A DNA stretch of 64,000 nucleotides from Alphaproteobacteria bacterium (lineage in GTDB: Bacteria > Pseudomonadota > Alphaproteobacteria > UBA6615), in contig CBDHEC010000051.1 in assembly GCA_965261975.1 (NCBI GenBank), positions 96,001 through 160,000 on the forward strand, given 5' to 3'. The position numbers and the translations under genes are program-made. Every line of letters begins with the position of its first letter. Position 1 is the first letter of the stretch. Below the pieces are notes generated by a model. It saw nothing but the letters and a program-made list of their open reading frames with translations. It had not been told where the DNA came from and ran no database searches. This document shows positions 1 through 10,499 of the stretch, piece after piece.

Positions 1-758
1 TGCTCCACCTGAAAAACGGGCTTGCCGTTCTCCGGGTCGACGATGGTCTGAAAACGATACTCATGCTGATCGGTTTCCATGGAGATCAGCCCGCGCTCGA
101 GCAGGCGTCGATAGGGGCCCGAGAAGTCGGCGAGATAGACCTGGATATGATGCCCGTCGAACGCCGCCTGGCGGCCGGCTTTCTCGCGGAAAATCAGCGT
201 CTGGTCGACGCCGGCACAGACATGTGCGGCCGTGGCCTTTTCGTGCTTGCCGATGCGGGCCGGTGCGCCGACGATCTCGGCATAGAAACGGGCGATGGCG
301 TCAGCCGAACCCTTCGGCACATCGAAGCAGACATAGGGGATGCCATGTTGCATCCGCCCGAATCGCTTGCCCGGCGGATAACAGCGAAAACGGTTGCCCC
401 ACGGACAGGTTGCGTCGATGTAGCCCCGTCCGCGCTTGAATGTGAATTTCGTGCCGCGAAGACCCTTGCGCACACCTTCGAGACGTTTTGCCAGCCGGTC
501 ATAGTCATTGATCACCAAGCCGGTGTACCCGCGGAGCTTTTGGGTGCCCCGGGTCGGGAGATGAAACTGCGTGCGCCCGATGTTGACCCACATGAGATCG
601 GTACTGGTCATCAGGTAGGGGTCGCGGGTCAGGCCGAGGCCGCTGATGTAGAACAGGGTCGCGAGGCCCTGATCGGGCACCAGCAGATTGACGTGTTCCA
701 GGCCGATGATGTTGCCGACGTCCTCCTCGGCGCGATTGTAGGAAATGGGTTTTGCCAA
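1..758 (-). CDS. VOC/glyoxalase-like protein; runs off the left edge of the window and is absent from the ORF track
   Basis: Hand translation from TTG at 758: LAKPISYNRAEEDVGNIIGLEHVNLLVPDQGLATLFYISGLGLTRDPYLMTSTDLMWVNIGRTQFHLP...CPWGNRF...IARFYAEIVG...FDGHHIQVYLADFSGPY. No stop before position 1. GAGGA lies upstream, inside the end of the cyclase gene. Two VOC-like 'xFY..xxG' motifs. Confidence 0.75.
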   Translation of the reverse strand, partial: MAKPISYNRAEEDVGNIIGLEHVNLLVPDQGLATLFYISGLGLTRDPYLMTSTDLMWVNIGRTQFHLPTRGTQKLRGYTGLVINDYDRLAKRLEGVRKGLRGTKFTFKRGRGYIDATCPWGNRFRCYPPGKRFGRMQHGIPYVCFDVPKGSADAIARFYAEIVGAPARIGKHEKATAAHVCAGVDQTLIFREKAGRQAAFDGHHIQVYLADFSGPYRRLLERGLISMETDQHEYRFQTIVDPENGKPVFQVE

Positions 759-762
759 GTAT

Positions 763-1455
763 CTAGTCCTCAAAAATAGCCACGGCGCGAATTGGGCTCG
801 CCGTACCGCCCTTGATTTTCAACGGGAAGCCCGCGAACCGGAAGCGGCCCTTGCCGACGAGCTTGTCGAGATTCATCAGGCATTCCATGTGGGTGATGCC
901 GCGTTCGGCGCAGGCCATGTGGGCAAGGTAGTTTGGCTCGCCCTCCGGGGCGGGGCTCACCGTTTCGACGCCGAACATCTTGATCTTGCGGTCCGCGAGC
1001 CAGTGCACCGCCTCGACCGATAGGCCCGGGAAATTATGGACGTAGTCGGGTGACCCGAAGAGGCGGTTGTGGATGCCCATGTGGATCATCACCGTGTCGC
1101 CAGGCTTGATCTCTTCACCCGATGCCGCCAGTGCGGCTTCCATGTCTTCGACCGTCGCCTCGTACTTGTTCGGAACGTCACCGAAATCCAGGCATATGGC
1201 CTCGGTATAGAAATCCTCCAGCGGCACCTCGTCGATCGAGGGCGCGCCGGGCGCGGGATTGAAGTGCACCGGCGCGTCCACATGGGTGCAGGAATGATCA
1301 CTCATGGTGAGCGACAGGGACTTCGACGTGAACTCCGTATCGCCGGCGCGCTTGATCTCGGAATGGTCGTTCCAGACTGTGATGATGACCGGCGGATGGT
1401 TCGGATGGGCGGGTGCGCGATGATGAATTTCGCGGCTGAGATCGATGATGTGCAT
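763..1455 (-). CDS. Cyclase family (kynurenine formamidase-like) metal-dependent hydrolase
   Basis: IIDLS start, HSCTHVDAPVHF motif, HMECLMNL and GGTASPIRAVA C-terminal motifs. Confidence 0.85.
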   Translation of the reverse strand: MHIIDLSREIHHRAPAHPNHPPVIITVWNDHSEIKRAGDTEFTSKSLSLTMSDHSCTHVDAPVHFNPAPGAPSIDEVPLEDFYTEAICLDFGDVPNKYEATVEDMEAALAASGEEIKPGDTVMIHMGIHNRLFGSPDYVHNFPGLSVEAVHWLADRKIKMFGVETVSPAPEGEPNYLAHMACAERGITHMECLMNLDKLVGKGRFRFAGFPLKIKGGTASPIRAVAIFED

Positions 1456-1534
1456 TGTTGAGTTCCCCCTGTCGTATCGCCCGAAGGCGGGCGGTCATTC
1501 CTCGCGCGCGATTATGGCACTTACGGGGACGTTG

Positions 1535-3157
1535 CTAAACCGGGGCGGCGGGAAGGGGCGATTTACCCAGGATCATGTCGCTGGCCTTTTCGGCGATCAT
1601 GATTGTCGCGGCGTTGGTGTTTGCCGAGTGCGATGTGGGAATCACCGAGGCGTCGACGACGCGAAGCCCGTCGATGCCGTGGACCTTGAGCTCGTCGGAG
1701 ACGACCGCGCCGGCGTCACTCGCTGGCCCCATCTTGCAGGTACCCATCAGATGGAAGATCGTCGTACCGCGCCGGCGGGCGAAGTCGAGCAACTCCTCGT
1801 CGCTCTGGACACCATCGCCAGGCGAAGTTTCGCGCATGTACCATTGTGCCAGCTCTGGCGATTTCATCATGCGCCGGGCGAGCCGTATCCCGTCGAGGAG
1901 CAGGCGCCGGTCCGCCTCGGCATCGAGATAGTTCGGCTGGATCAGGGGTTTGTCAGCGGTGTCCGCGCTGCGCGCGTGGACATACCCGCGACTTTCCGGA
2001 CGCATCGGCCAGACCCCGGCTGTCATGCCGGGGAAGTCATCGAGTTCGTAGACCGCTGTTTCCTTGTAGCTGGCAGGGGCGAAAATCACCTGTAAATCGG
2101 GTTGGTCCAGGCTCGCGCGTGATTTGCACAAGGCGACCGCGATTCCCGGGGACTGGGCAAGAATACCCTTGCGGAACAGGCCGTATTTGAGGGCCTCGAG
2201 TACGAGTGCCAAACCACGGGTGCCTTCGTTGATCGTCCGGACGCCGGCGAGTTCGGCCGCGACACGAACCCCGAAATGGTCAGACAGGTTGGCTCCGACG
2301 CCGCCAAGCGCGTGGATCGGAATCACGCCGATATCTTGCAGGAGTTCGGGTGCACCGACGCCGGAGACCTGGAGGATCTGCGGTGAGGCAATCGCGCCGG
2401 CGCACAGAATTATCTCCCGGTTTGCGCACACCTCGTGTTCATTGTCACCCTGACGGTACCGAACTGCTACCGCGCGGCGGCCCTCAAAGACGATGCGCGT
2501 CACCTGGGTATGGGTGCGAATTTCCAGGTTGTAGCGGCTGCGCGCAGGATGCAGGAATGCGCGTGCCGCGCTCACCCTGCGACCCTTGTGAATTGTGCGT
2601 TGGAAGTATCCAACGCCTTCCTGGATCGCGCCGTTGTAGTCGAGGCCGCGCGGGATCCCCAAGTTGACTGCACCTTCAATGAACGCGTCCGAGATCGGAT
2701 CACGGCGATCGACATCGGTCACCACAAGTTCGCCGTCGCGTCCGCGATAGGTGTCATCACCGTCACCGATGCGGCGCTCGCTGCGTCTGAAATAGGGCAG
2801 GACGTCGGCGAATCCCCAGCCGCGATTCCCCATCTGGGCCCAGGTGTCGAAATCCATTCGCTGACCGCGGTTAAAGATGTGGCCGTTGATGGAGCTGGAC
2901 CCACCCAGCGCCTTGCCCCGTGGAGTCACGATGGAACGTCCCGCCGTGCCCGGGCTTGGCTCTGTCTCATAGAGCCAGTTCAAACGTGGATTCGAGAGGG
3001 TCTTGATGAACCCGGCCGGCATATGGATGAAGGGGTTGCGATCCGGCCCGCCGGCTTCGAGCAGACATATGCTGACGCCCGAGGCCGAGAGCCTGTTGGC
3101 CAGGACCGACCCGGCAGAGCCGGCGCCGATGATGACGTAGTCGAAATGCTGAACCAT
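1535..3157 (-). CDS. GMC family oxidoreductase (choline dehydrogenase-like)
   Basis: GAGSAG FAD motif, GKALGGSSSING, FHLMGTCKMG, LRVVDASVIP, SANTNA. Confidence 0.9.
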   Translation of the reverse strand: MVQHFDYVIIGAGSAGSVLANRLSASGVSICLLEAGGPDRNPFIHMPAGFIKTLSNPRLNWLYETEPSPGTAGRSIVTPRGKALGGSSSINGHIFNRGQRMDFDTWAQMGNRGWGFADVLPYFRRSERRIGDGDDTYRGRDGELVVTDVDRRDPISDAFIEGAVNLGIPRGLDYNGAIQEGVGYFQRTIHKGRRVSAARAFLHPARSRYNLEIRTHTQVTRIVFEGRRAVAVRYRQGDNEHEVCANREIILCAGAIASPQILQVSGVGAPELLQDIGVIPIHALGGVGANLSDHFGVRVAAELAGVRTINEGTRGLALVLEALKYGLFRKGILAQSPGIAVALCKSRASLDQPDLQVIFAPASYKETAVYELDDFPGMTAGVWPMRPESRGYVHARSADTADKPLIQPNYLDAEADRRLLLDGIRLARRMMKSPELAQWYMRETSPGDGVQSDEELLDFARRRGTTIFHLMGTCKMGPASDAGAVVSDELKVHGIDGLRVVDASVIPTSHSANTNAATIMIAEKASDMILGKSPLPAAPV

Positions 3158-3261
3158 CAAAGTGCGCCTTGGTCGGGTGAGCTAACTTTCGGCCTTCAGA
3201 AGTCGGTTCCGGGTTTTCGCACACGCGATATCCGCGCCCGACAGCGTTGGACCAAACGGTA

Positions 3262-4215
3262 CTAGCTCAACGTCAGCCCGAACAGTGAAACTGCATTGGT
3301 CCGGCCGATGGCCAACCGGTCGGCATCCGACAGTTCCGCCTGGTCAAACCAGCTGCTTTCTTGCTCCATCGATTCATAGGGATAGTCGATCGAGAACAAT
3401 ACCCGTTCCACGCCCATTTCCCGGATGGCCAGATGAAGGGGCGGATCATGAAATTGGCCGCTCGTGGAAACATGGACATTGGTTTGCATGTAGGTTCGCA
3501 AGGTCTCTTTTGCCGGTAATCCCCTGGGGTTCTTCTGTAAAACATTATCGGCACGCCACAGGTCGAACGGGATGCGTTCACCAAGATGGCCCAGTACCAT
3601 CTGCAGGCGCGGATGGTCGTCGAAGAGGCCGCCACACATCAAACGCAAGGCATGCATGGCGGTTTCCAGCGCGTAGGCCCAGGCGGCGTAGGTCAGCCAC
3701 GGATGCCCGTCGAAAAAGGGCATGTCGTCGAAAAACGGGTTTCGCGGGTGCAGATAAAAAGACACCTCCAATTTCTCGATCGCCGTCCAGAATGGCCGGT
3801 ACTCGGGCCGGTCGTAGTAAAGCTGCGCCGTCGACCCATTTGATTCGCTGAAACCATTTACGTTGGCGCCCAGCAGGCCCAGGTCCACGACCGCGCGTTC
3901 CAATTCGCGAATCGCCGCCTCAGGATCCTGCATGGGTAACGCCGCGAAACCGCCCAACCGATCCGGACGCTTTACAATTTCTGTCGCCAACAGGTCGTTT
4001 GCTCGCCGCGCCATATCGATTGCCTTGGCCGTATCGGCCTCGGCCTGAACGGCTGGTCTGTTCAACGACATGATCGCAAAGGCGACCCCGCAACGATCCA
4101 TCAATTCGATGCGCTCACCGTGAAAATCCTGCAGGCGCCGATGCAAATCCGCTGTGCCGGGACCGAGGGTCTCTGGCAGCGCAAAATGTTCCTCGATGGT
4201 AACCTTGCCGTCCAT
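3262..4215 (-). CDS. Amidohydrolase-2 family non-oxidative aromatic decarboxylase (2,6-/2,3-dihydroxybenzoate decarboxylase-like)
   Basis: MDGKVTIEEHFALPET start with GGAGG RBS, YLHPRNP, LGHLGE, LFSIDYPYE. Confidence 0.8.
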   Translation of the reverse strand: MDGKVTIEEHFALPETLGPGTADLHRRLQDFHGERIELMDRCGVAFAIMSLNRPAVQAEADTAKAIDMARRANDLLATEIVKRPDRLGGFAALPMQDPEAAIRELERAVVDLGLLGANVNGFSESNGSTAQLYYDRPEYRPFWTAIEKLEVSFYLHPRNPFFDDMPFFDGHPWLTYAAWAYALETAMHALRLMCGGLFDDHPRLQMVLGHLGERIPFDLWRADNVLQKNPRGLPAKETLRTYMQTNVHVSTSGQFHDPPLHLAIREMGVERVLFSIDYPYESMEQESSWFDQAELSDADRLAIGRTNAVSLFGLTLS

Positions 4216-4347
4216 GCCGGGGCCTCCGTCGTATCCCATCATCGATCGAGACCAATAGAGTCGATCGGACGACGGACATCAAGCGCCCGAGCGTTAGCGT
4301 TTCTGCAGATAAATTGATCGACGTTTTGACTGCGAACAGCAAGGAAT

Positions 4348-4421
4348 TGGAGGCCCGGGCCGGAATCGAACCGACGTACAAGGATTTGCAGTCCTCTGCA
4401 TAGCCACTCTGCCACCGGGCC
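4348..4421 (-). tRNA. tRNA-Cys(GCA)
   Basis: Reverse complement GGCCCGGTGGCAGAGTGGCTATGCAGAGGACTGCAAATCCTTGTACGTCGGTTCGATTCCGGCCCGGGCCTCCA: acceptor stem, GCA anticodon, TTCGA T-loop, encoded CCA. Confidence 0.97.
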
Positions 4422-4588
4422 GGTCCGAGCGCGCAATTCAGCAACGGCGCTTCATATCTCAGAATTGGGCGTGGATTGGAAGTCCCCAACTGCATATCTG
4501 TGAATGGGTTTGTGCGATTGTCTTGCAGCGGGCCGGTATTTATAAGTTTGGGCGTCTATGACGAATGACGAGAATGGGTCTTGCGACG

Positions 4589-5251
4589 ATGAGTGATTTC
4601 GAAACCGCGCGACGCAATATGGTGGACGGTCAGTTACGGCCCACAAAGGTTACGGATATCCGCATCCTGGATGCGATGGGCACGCTGCCGCGTGAGATGT
4701 TCGTGGACAAGTCGCGGCAGGGCATTGCCTATGTGGACGAGGATATCGAGATTGCACCCGGCCGCCACATGATGGAACCGGTGGTCCTCGCACGGCTTGT
4801 ACAGGCGCTCGACATCAAGCCGACGGATTCGGTGCTCATAATCGGTGCGGGCACCGGTTACGACGCCGCGCTGATTGGGACACTGGCAGGACCGGTGGTG
4901 GCCATCGAATCGGACCCGCAACTGGTCGAGACCGCATCCATGCTGATCAACCATCTGGGAATCGATAACGTCGCCGTTGTCGAGGCACCTTTGGCGGAAG
5001 GGTATGCCGCCCAGGCTCCCTTCGATCTGATATTTATCGGCGGCGCCGTGCCGGAAGTACCCAGCCAGATTGCCGACCAGTTGGCATCCGGCGGCCGAAT
5101 CGTCGCTGTGGTGGGTGGGGCCGAGAACGGAATTCTGGGCCGAGCCTGTCTCCTGACCAAGACCGATCAAAGTCTCTCCAGCCGGCCTATTTTTGACGCC
5201 GGAACCCAGCCATTGCCGGGCTTTGAAGCGGCGGCGGAGTTTGTATTCTAG
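4589..5251 (+). CDS. pcm: Protein-L-isoaspartate O-methyltransferase family (tolC-linked paralog)
   Basis: ARRNMVDGQLRP, LIIGAGTGY SAM motif, APFDLIFIGG; typical position upstream of tolC. Confidence 0.85.
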   Translation: MSDFETARRNMVDGQLRPTKVTDIRILDAMGTLPREMFVDKSRQGIAYVDEDIEIAPGRHMMEPVVLARLVQALDIKPTDSVLIIGAGTGYDAALIGTLAGPVVAIESDPQLVETASMLINHLGIDNVAVVEAPLAEGYAAQAPFDLIFIGGAVPEVPSQIADQLASGGRIVAVVGGAENGILGRACLLTKTDQSLSSRPIFDAGTQPLPGFEAAAEFVF

Positions 5252-5354
5252 TCTGCATTTGAGCTGGGGCTCGGGCACTTTGCATGTGCGTTTTACGTAT
5301 GCGCGTCAGCATGTTGCAGCGCCGAACTCTAACTGTTGAGAAGAGTTTTCAAGC

Positions 5355-6744
5355 ATGAACCTAAGGTATGGATTGAGTGCTGTTGCGATGTTGGCCTTCT
5401 TGGGGGTCAACGTCAGCATGGCCAATGCGGAAAATTTAATCGAGGCGTTGGCGCAGACTTACGAGACAAATCCCGATCTCGCAGCAGAGCGGGCCGGATT
5501 GCGCGCGACCGATGAAGGCGTTCCCCAGGCCCTGTCGAACTGGCGCCCGGAAGTTGAAGTCGATGCGTCCTACGGGGTGCGCAAACGCGAGCGCGAATTC
5601 GAAACCTCGGACGTGGACATCGAGAATGCCGATCAGCCTCAACAGGTCTCGCTCAGCATAACCCAGAACCTGTTCCGCGGTTTCCGTACGATTTCCGAAA
5701 CAGACAACGCCCGGAATCTCGTGGCAGCGGGCCGTGCCAATCTTATTGAAACCGAACAGACCGTTCTGCTCGAAGCCGTGACAGCCTATATCAATGTCGT
5801 ACGGGACCGCGTGATCCTCTCGCTTCGTGAAAACAACGTCCGCGTGCTTGAGCAGGAGCGCCAGGCGACGGCCGACCGGTTCGAAGTTGGTGAACTGACG
5901 CGAACGGACGTTGCACAGGCCGACAGTCGTTTGGCCCAGGCCTTGTCCGAACGCACCGAAGCACAGGGCAATCTCAACTCCTCCAACGCCAACTATGTCG
6001 AAGTCATCGGGACGATGCCGGGTGACCTCGTGCGGCCGTCATTGCCCGCGGGCCTGCCGGGATCCGAGGAGGCGGCAGTTGCGCAGGCGAAGACGAACAA
6101 TCCGTCGGTTGTTGCGCAGGACTTCACGGAGCGTGCGGACCGGAGCAACGTCGATCTGATTGCCGGTGAATTGCTCCCGACGCTGTCCGTCGATGGCGAA
6201 GTCCTGAAGAACAAGGACGTGCTCGGAGCAGATACCGTCACGACCGAGCAATCGGTCACGCTGAACCTTTCGGTACCCCTGTATCAGTCAGGGGAGCGTC
6301 TATTCCCGAATCCGCGAAGCCAAGCAATGTGGCCAATCAGTCGTTTGCTCGCAATTCTCCGAGGAAGCGAACGCCAGGCGCAGGAATCAGGCGCGCTCAG
6401 AGTCCTGGGCGGCCCTGCATGTCGGCGCATCGTCGCGCATCACATCCGCTGAGGCCGAGGTCGCTGCACAGGAAATCGCGTTCGAGGGCGTCCAGCAGGA
6501 AGCGCAGGTGGGTTCGCGTACCGTTCTTGATGTGTTGGACGCCGAGCAGGAACTTCTCGATTCACGCGTCGATCTTGTGGTCGCACAGCGCGATGAAATA
6601 GTTGCGGCGTATGAACTGCTTCAGGCAGTCGGTCGGTTGACGGCCCAGGATCTCGGCTTGCCGGTTACGCTCTACGATCCGACCCGCAACTTCCGTGACG
6701 TCGAAAATCGACTCTTCGGCTCCGATATCTCGGACGAAAACTGA
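5355..6744 (+). CDS. tolC: TolC-family outer membrane channel, frameshifted at about 6290-6450 (probable sequencing errors)
   Basis: Signal peptide; RFEVGELTRTDVAQA in ORF 5355..6452; C-terminus GSRTVLDVLDAEQELLDSRVDLV in ORF 6508..6744. Removing single extra bases restores ...YQSGSVYSRIREAKQ...AEAEVAAQEIAFEGVQQEAQVG. Confidence 0.85.
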
Positions 6745-6823
6745 TAATTCGCCCGAAACACGCAATAGCACCTCGAACGAAGTGTTTTGACTGGCCCAGA
6801 CTCGCTCGCATTTCTAGTGTGCG

Positions 6824-6842
6824 TTTAGCTGTCATTAACCAT
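6824..6842 (+). promoter_or_regulatory. Putative CtrA binding site upstream of popZ
   Basis: TTTA-GCTGTCA-TTAACCAT: one mismatch to TTAA-N7-TTAA and a perfect TTAACCAT half site, 21 nt before the popZ ATG. Confidence 0.55.
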
Positions 6843-6863
6843 TTTCTGCGGTCATAGGCGACC

Positions 6864-7448
6864 ATGAGCGATACAAGTGCCGATCAGCAAGAACCGTCGA
6901 TGGAGGAAATCCTCGCGTCGATCCGCCGAATCATTTCGGAGGATGGCGACGAAGAGGGCGACGGTGAAGTTGCCGCTGTCGATTCCGGCGATGAAGAACC
7001 GCCGGTCGAGGCCGTGAATGATGACGCCACTGAAGAGGTCGAGGAAATGCCGGAGGACGATAACGACGACGACATCCTCGAACTGACCGACGTGATCGAA
7101 GATGAGGAAGCCCCGGAACCCGAGCCGGAACCGGCCCCCGAACCAGAGCCGGAACCCGAGCCCGAGCCGGAACCTGAGCTGGAACCCGAGCCGGTTGAGG
7201 AAATCCTTGTCGCAGAAGACAAAATTGTCTCCGACGAAGTCGAAGAGGTTAGTGCCGCGGCGATGTCTGGTCTGACCGCCGTGCTCGCTGCAAATGCGGC
7301 GGTAGGTGATGGCAACCAGACCCTCGAACAGCTCGTTAAAGATGTGCTGCGGCCGGTCCTTAAGCAGTGGCTGGACGACAATCTGCCCGAGATCGTTGAC
7401 CGTATTGTCCAGGAAGAAGTCGAGCGCATCGCCAAGCGCGCCAAGTAA
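6864..7448 (+). CDS. popZ: Polar organizing protein PopZ (DUF2497)
   Basis: EPSMEEILASIRRIISED N-helix, acidic Pro/Glu-rich linker, TLEQLVKDVLRPVLKQWLDDNLP C-terminus; located between tolC and valS. Confidence 0.92.
   Translation: MSDTSADQQEPSMEEILASIRRIISEDGDEEGDGEVAAVDSGDEEPPVEAVNDDATEEVEEMPEDDNDDDILELTDVIEDEEAPEPEPEPAPEPEPEPEPEPEPELEPEPVEEILVAEDKIVSDEVEEVSAAAMSGLTAVLAANAAVGDGNQTLEQLVKDVLRPVLKQWLDDNLPEIVDRIVQEEVERIAKRAK
7111..7195 (+). repeat. Low-complexity (Pro-Glu)n coding repeat in the PopZ linker
   Basis: Degenerate CCGGAA/CCCGAG hexamer run encoding PEPEPEPAPEPEPEPEPEPEPELEPEP. Confidence 0.8.
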
Positions 7449-7580
7449 CCCGGACTCCCCGCAAATCCGTTTTGTTGCCGCAGGAGACCTGTAGGGTCTA
7501 GCCGCGACGCGCCTGCTTCGCTAAACCAGCGCGGACCGCATGATTGCGATCATCCGCGACTGATGCAAAGCCACGTGACC

Positions 7581-10337
7581 ATGACCGATCTTGATAAGAC
7601 ATACGCGCCCGCTGAAATCGAGCCGCGCCTATATGGGCGTTGGGAGTCCGCCGACGCGTTCGCGTGTGGGCGTACCGAGAACGCGACCTACACGATCGTC
7701 ATTCCGCCGCCCAATGTGACGGGTAACCTGCATATGGGCCATGCCCTGAACAACACGCTGCAGGATCTTCTCGTGCGCTGGCGGCGCATGCAGGGCTACG
7801 ACACGCTCTGGCAGCCGGGAACGGATCATGCCGGTATCGCCACCCAGATGGTGGTCGAGCGCCAGCTTGCCGAAGACGGTATCCGTCTCGATCGTGGCCG
7901 GGCGCTTGAAGATGCCAATGAGAATCTCATCGGCCGCGAGGACTTCCTCGAAAAGGTCTGGGCGTGGAAGGAAGAGTCTGGCGGCACAATCATCAACCAG
8001 CTCAAGCGGCTGGGTGCATCATGTGACTGGTCGCGCGAGCGCTTCACCATGGATGAGGGCCTGTCAAATGCTGTCCTCAAGGTGTTCGTGGAACTTCACA
8101 GCCAGGGCCTCATCTTCAAGGACAAGCGACTGGTCAACTGGGACCCGAAGCTGCACACCGCGATTTCGGATCTTGAAGTGGTGCAGAAGGAGGTGGACAG
8201 CCATCTCTGGTATTTCCGCTACCCCATCGAGGGTGAACCCGATCGTTTCGTGACCGTCGCGACAACGCGCCCCGAAACCATGCTGGGCGATACCGGCGTT
8301 GCCGTGCATCCCGACGACGAGCGTTTCCAGGACATCATCGGCAAGAACGCGATCCTGCCCATCGCCGGTCGCAAGATCAAAATCGTCGCCGATAGCTATG
8401 CCGACCCGGAGCAGGGGTCCGGTGCGGTGAAAATTACCCCCGCCCACGATTTCAATGATTTCGAGGTGGGCCGACGTGCCGGGCTGGACACCATCAATGT
8501 GCTTCGATGCGTCCGCCGAACATCGCCATCGATACCGACGAGTTTCGAATGAATCCGGCACCAGCGCCAATCGGAGTGGGGCGATCCGGAAGCGGCGATT
8601 GCCCGCCTACAACGGCCTCGACCGGTTCGAAGCGCGCGACAAGGCGATCGTGGCCGAGATGGAAGACCCGCGGCCTGCTTGCTGAAATCGAGCCGCACAA
8701 GCACACCGTTCCGTTCGGTGATCGCTCGGACGTGGTGATCGAGCCCTGGCTGACCGATCAGTGGTATGTGGACGCCGAAACTCTGGCCAAAGCCCGCCGT
8801 GGAGGCGGTCGAGAAGCGGCAAGACCCGAAGTTTGTGCCGGAGAACTGGTCGAAGACCTATTTCGAATGGCTGCGCAACATTCAGCCCTGGTGTATTTCG
8901 CGCCAATTATGGTGGGGCCATCAGATTCCGGCCTGGTATGGCCCGGACGACGAGATTTTTGTCGCCGAGAACGAGGAAGCCGCCGCCGCCGCCGCGGAAG
9001 CTCATTACGGCAAGAGGGTTGAGCTGACGCGCGACCCGGACGTGCTCGACACATGGTTCTCGTCGGCGCTCTGGCCGTTTTCCACGCTCGGCTGGCCGGA
9101 CGAGACGCCGGAGGTGGAGCGCTACTATCCCACCAGTGTACTCATCACCGGTTTCGACATCATTTTCTTCTGGGTCGCCCGGATGATGATGTTCGGGCTC
9201 CATTTCATGGACGAAATCCCTTTTTCCGATGTCTACATCCACGCGCTGGTCCGCGACGAGAAGGGCGCGAAGATGTCCAAGTCGAAGGGCAATGTCATGG
9301 ATCCGCTGGATGTCATCGACGAGTTTGGTGCTGACGCACTGCGCTTTACCCTGACGTCAATGGCGGCGATGGGGCGCGACATCAAGCTGGCCAATTCGCG
9401 CGTACAGGGTTACCGGAATTTCGGCACGAAGCTTTGGAATGCCGCGCGCTTCTGCCAGATGAACGAATGCGCCGCACCCGGCCCGGAGTTTGATCCGGCG
9501 AATGTCGAGTTGACGCTCAACAAATGGATCACCGGTGGGGTCGCCGAAACGACTGCCAGCGTGACCAGAGCCCTCGAGGAGTATCGCTTCGATCAGGCGG
9601 CGGGGGCGATCTACCAGTTCACGTGGCACACCTTCTGCGACTGGTATGTCGAATTCGCCAAGCCGGTGTTCCAGGGTGATGACGAAGCGGCCAAGGCAGA
9701 GACCCGTGCTGTGGCCGGCTGGACCCTGCAACAAATCCTCAGGATCCTGCATCCGTTCATGCCGTTCATCACCGAGGAGCTCTGGCAGCATTTCGGCGAT
9801 GACGAGACCATGCTCATTCACGCCGCCTGGCCGGCAAACGACATCGCACCGGTCGACGCCGGCGCAAAGGATGAACTCGACTGGGCGGTTCAGTTCATCA
9901 CCGAGGTCCGCACCGTACGCAACGAGGTCAACGTGCCGGCCGGGGCAAAAATTCCCGCGATCCTGCGCGACGCAACCGAAGAGACCCAGGCTCGCCTGGG
10001 AAGACATCGCGACCAAATACTGCGCCTCGCGCGCCTTGAAGATGTTGTCGTGGATGGGGACGTCCCGGAGGATGCGGTGCAGATGGTACTCAATGAGGCC
10101 ACGCTGGCCTTACCGTTGGCCGACGTCATCGATCTGGGTGCAGAACGCGATCGTCTGTCGAAAGAGATTGCAAAGCTCGACAAGGACATTGCGGGCATCG
10201 ACAAGAAGCTTGCGAACGAAAAGTTCCTCGCCAATGCGCCGGAAGCGGTGGTCGCCGAACAGCATGAGCGTCGCGCCGATGCGGCCGACGCGAAGGCAAA
10301 GCTTCAGGGCGCACTCGAACGATTGAGCGCCGCCTGA
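7581..10337 (+). CDS. valS: Valyl-tRNA synthetase, frameshifted at about 8500-8830 (probable sequencing errors)
   Basis: [13 protein letters not shown] in the first [11 protein letters not shown] and [18 protein letters not shown] occur in two intermediate frames. [16 protein letters not shown] and the C-terminal coiled coil are in the last ORF. Confidence 0.93.
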
Positions 10338-10499
10338 TACGATCAGTGCTCGGTAACGTCATCAATGCCCAGCTGACAATGACCCACCGCCGGTCGATAT
10401 TCGTTGTGCCTGGCACAAGGGTTGGGCCGTCGGCAAACACGCTGCCGAATAGCGCTGCACTGGCCTGTTTGAAGACAGTGACAACAAGGAAGAACGATT

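Noticed and set aside
63-779. 238-aa plus-strand ORF
   Set aside because: Antisense to the VOC-like gene, which has family motifs and fits the operon orientation.
6884-7444. Ser/Gly-rich minus-strand ORF
   Set aside because: Reverse reading of the PopZ Pro-Glu repeat.
6290-8830. Programmed frameshifting or recoding in tolC and valS
   Set aside because: Many scattered single-base insertions with no slippery heptamer or stimulatory structure fit sequencing error much better.
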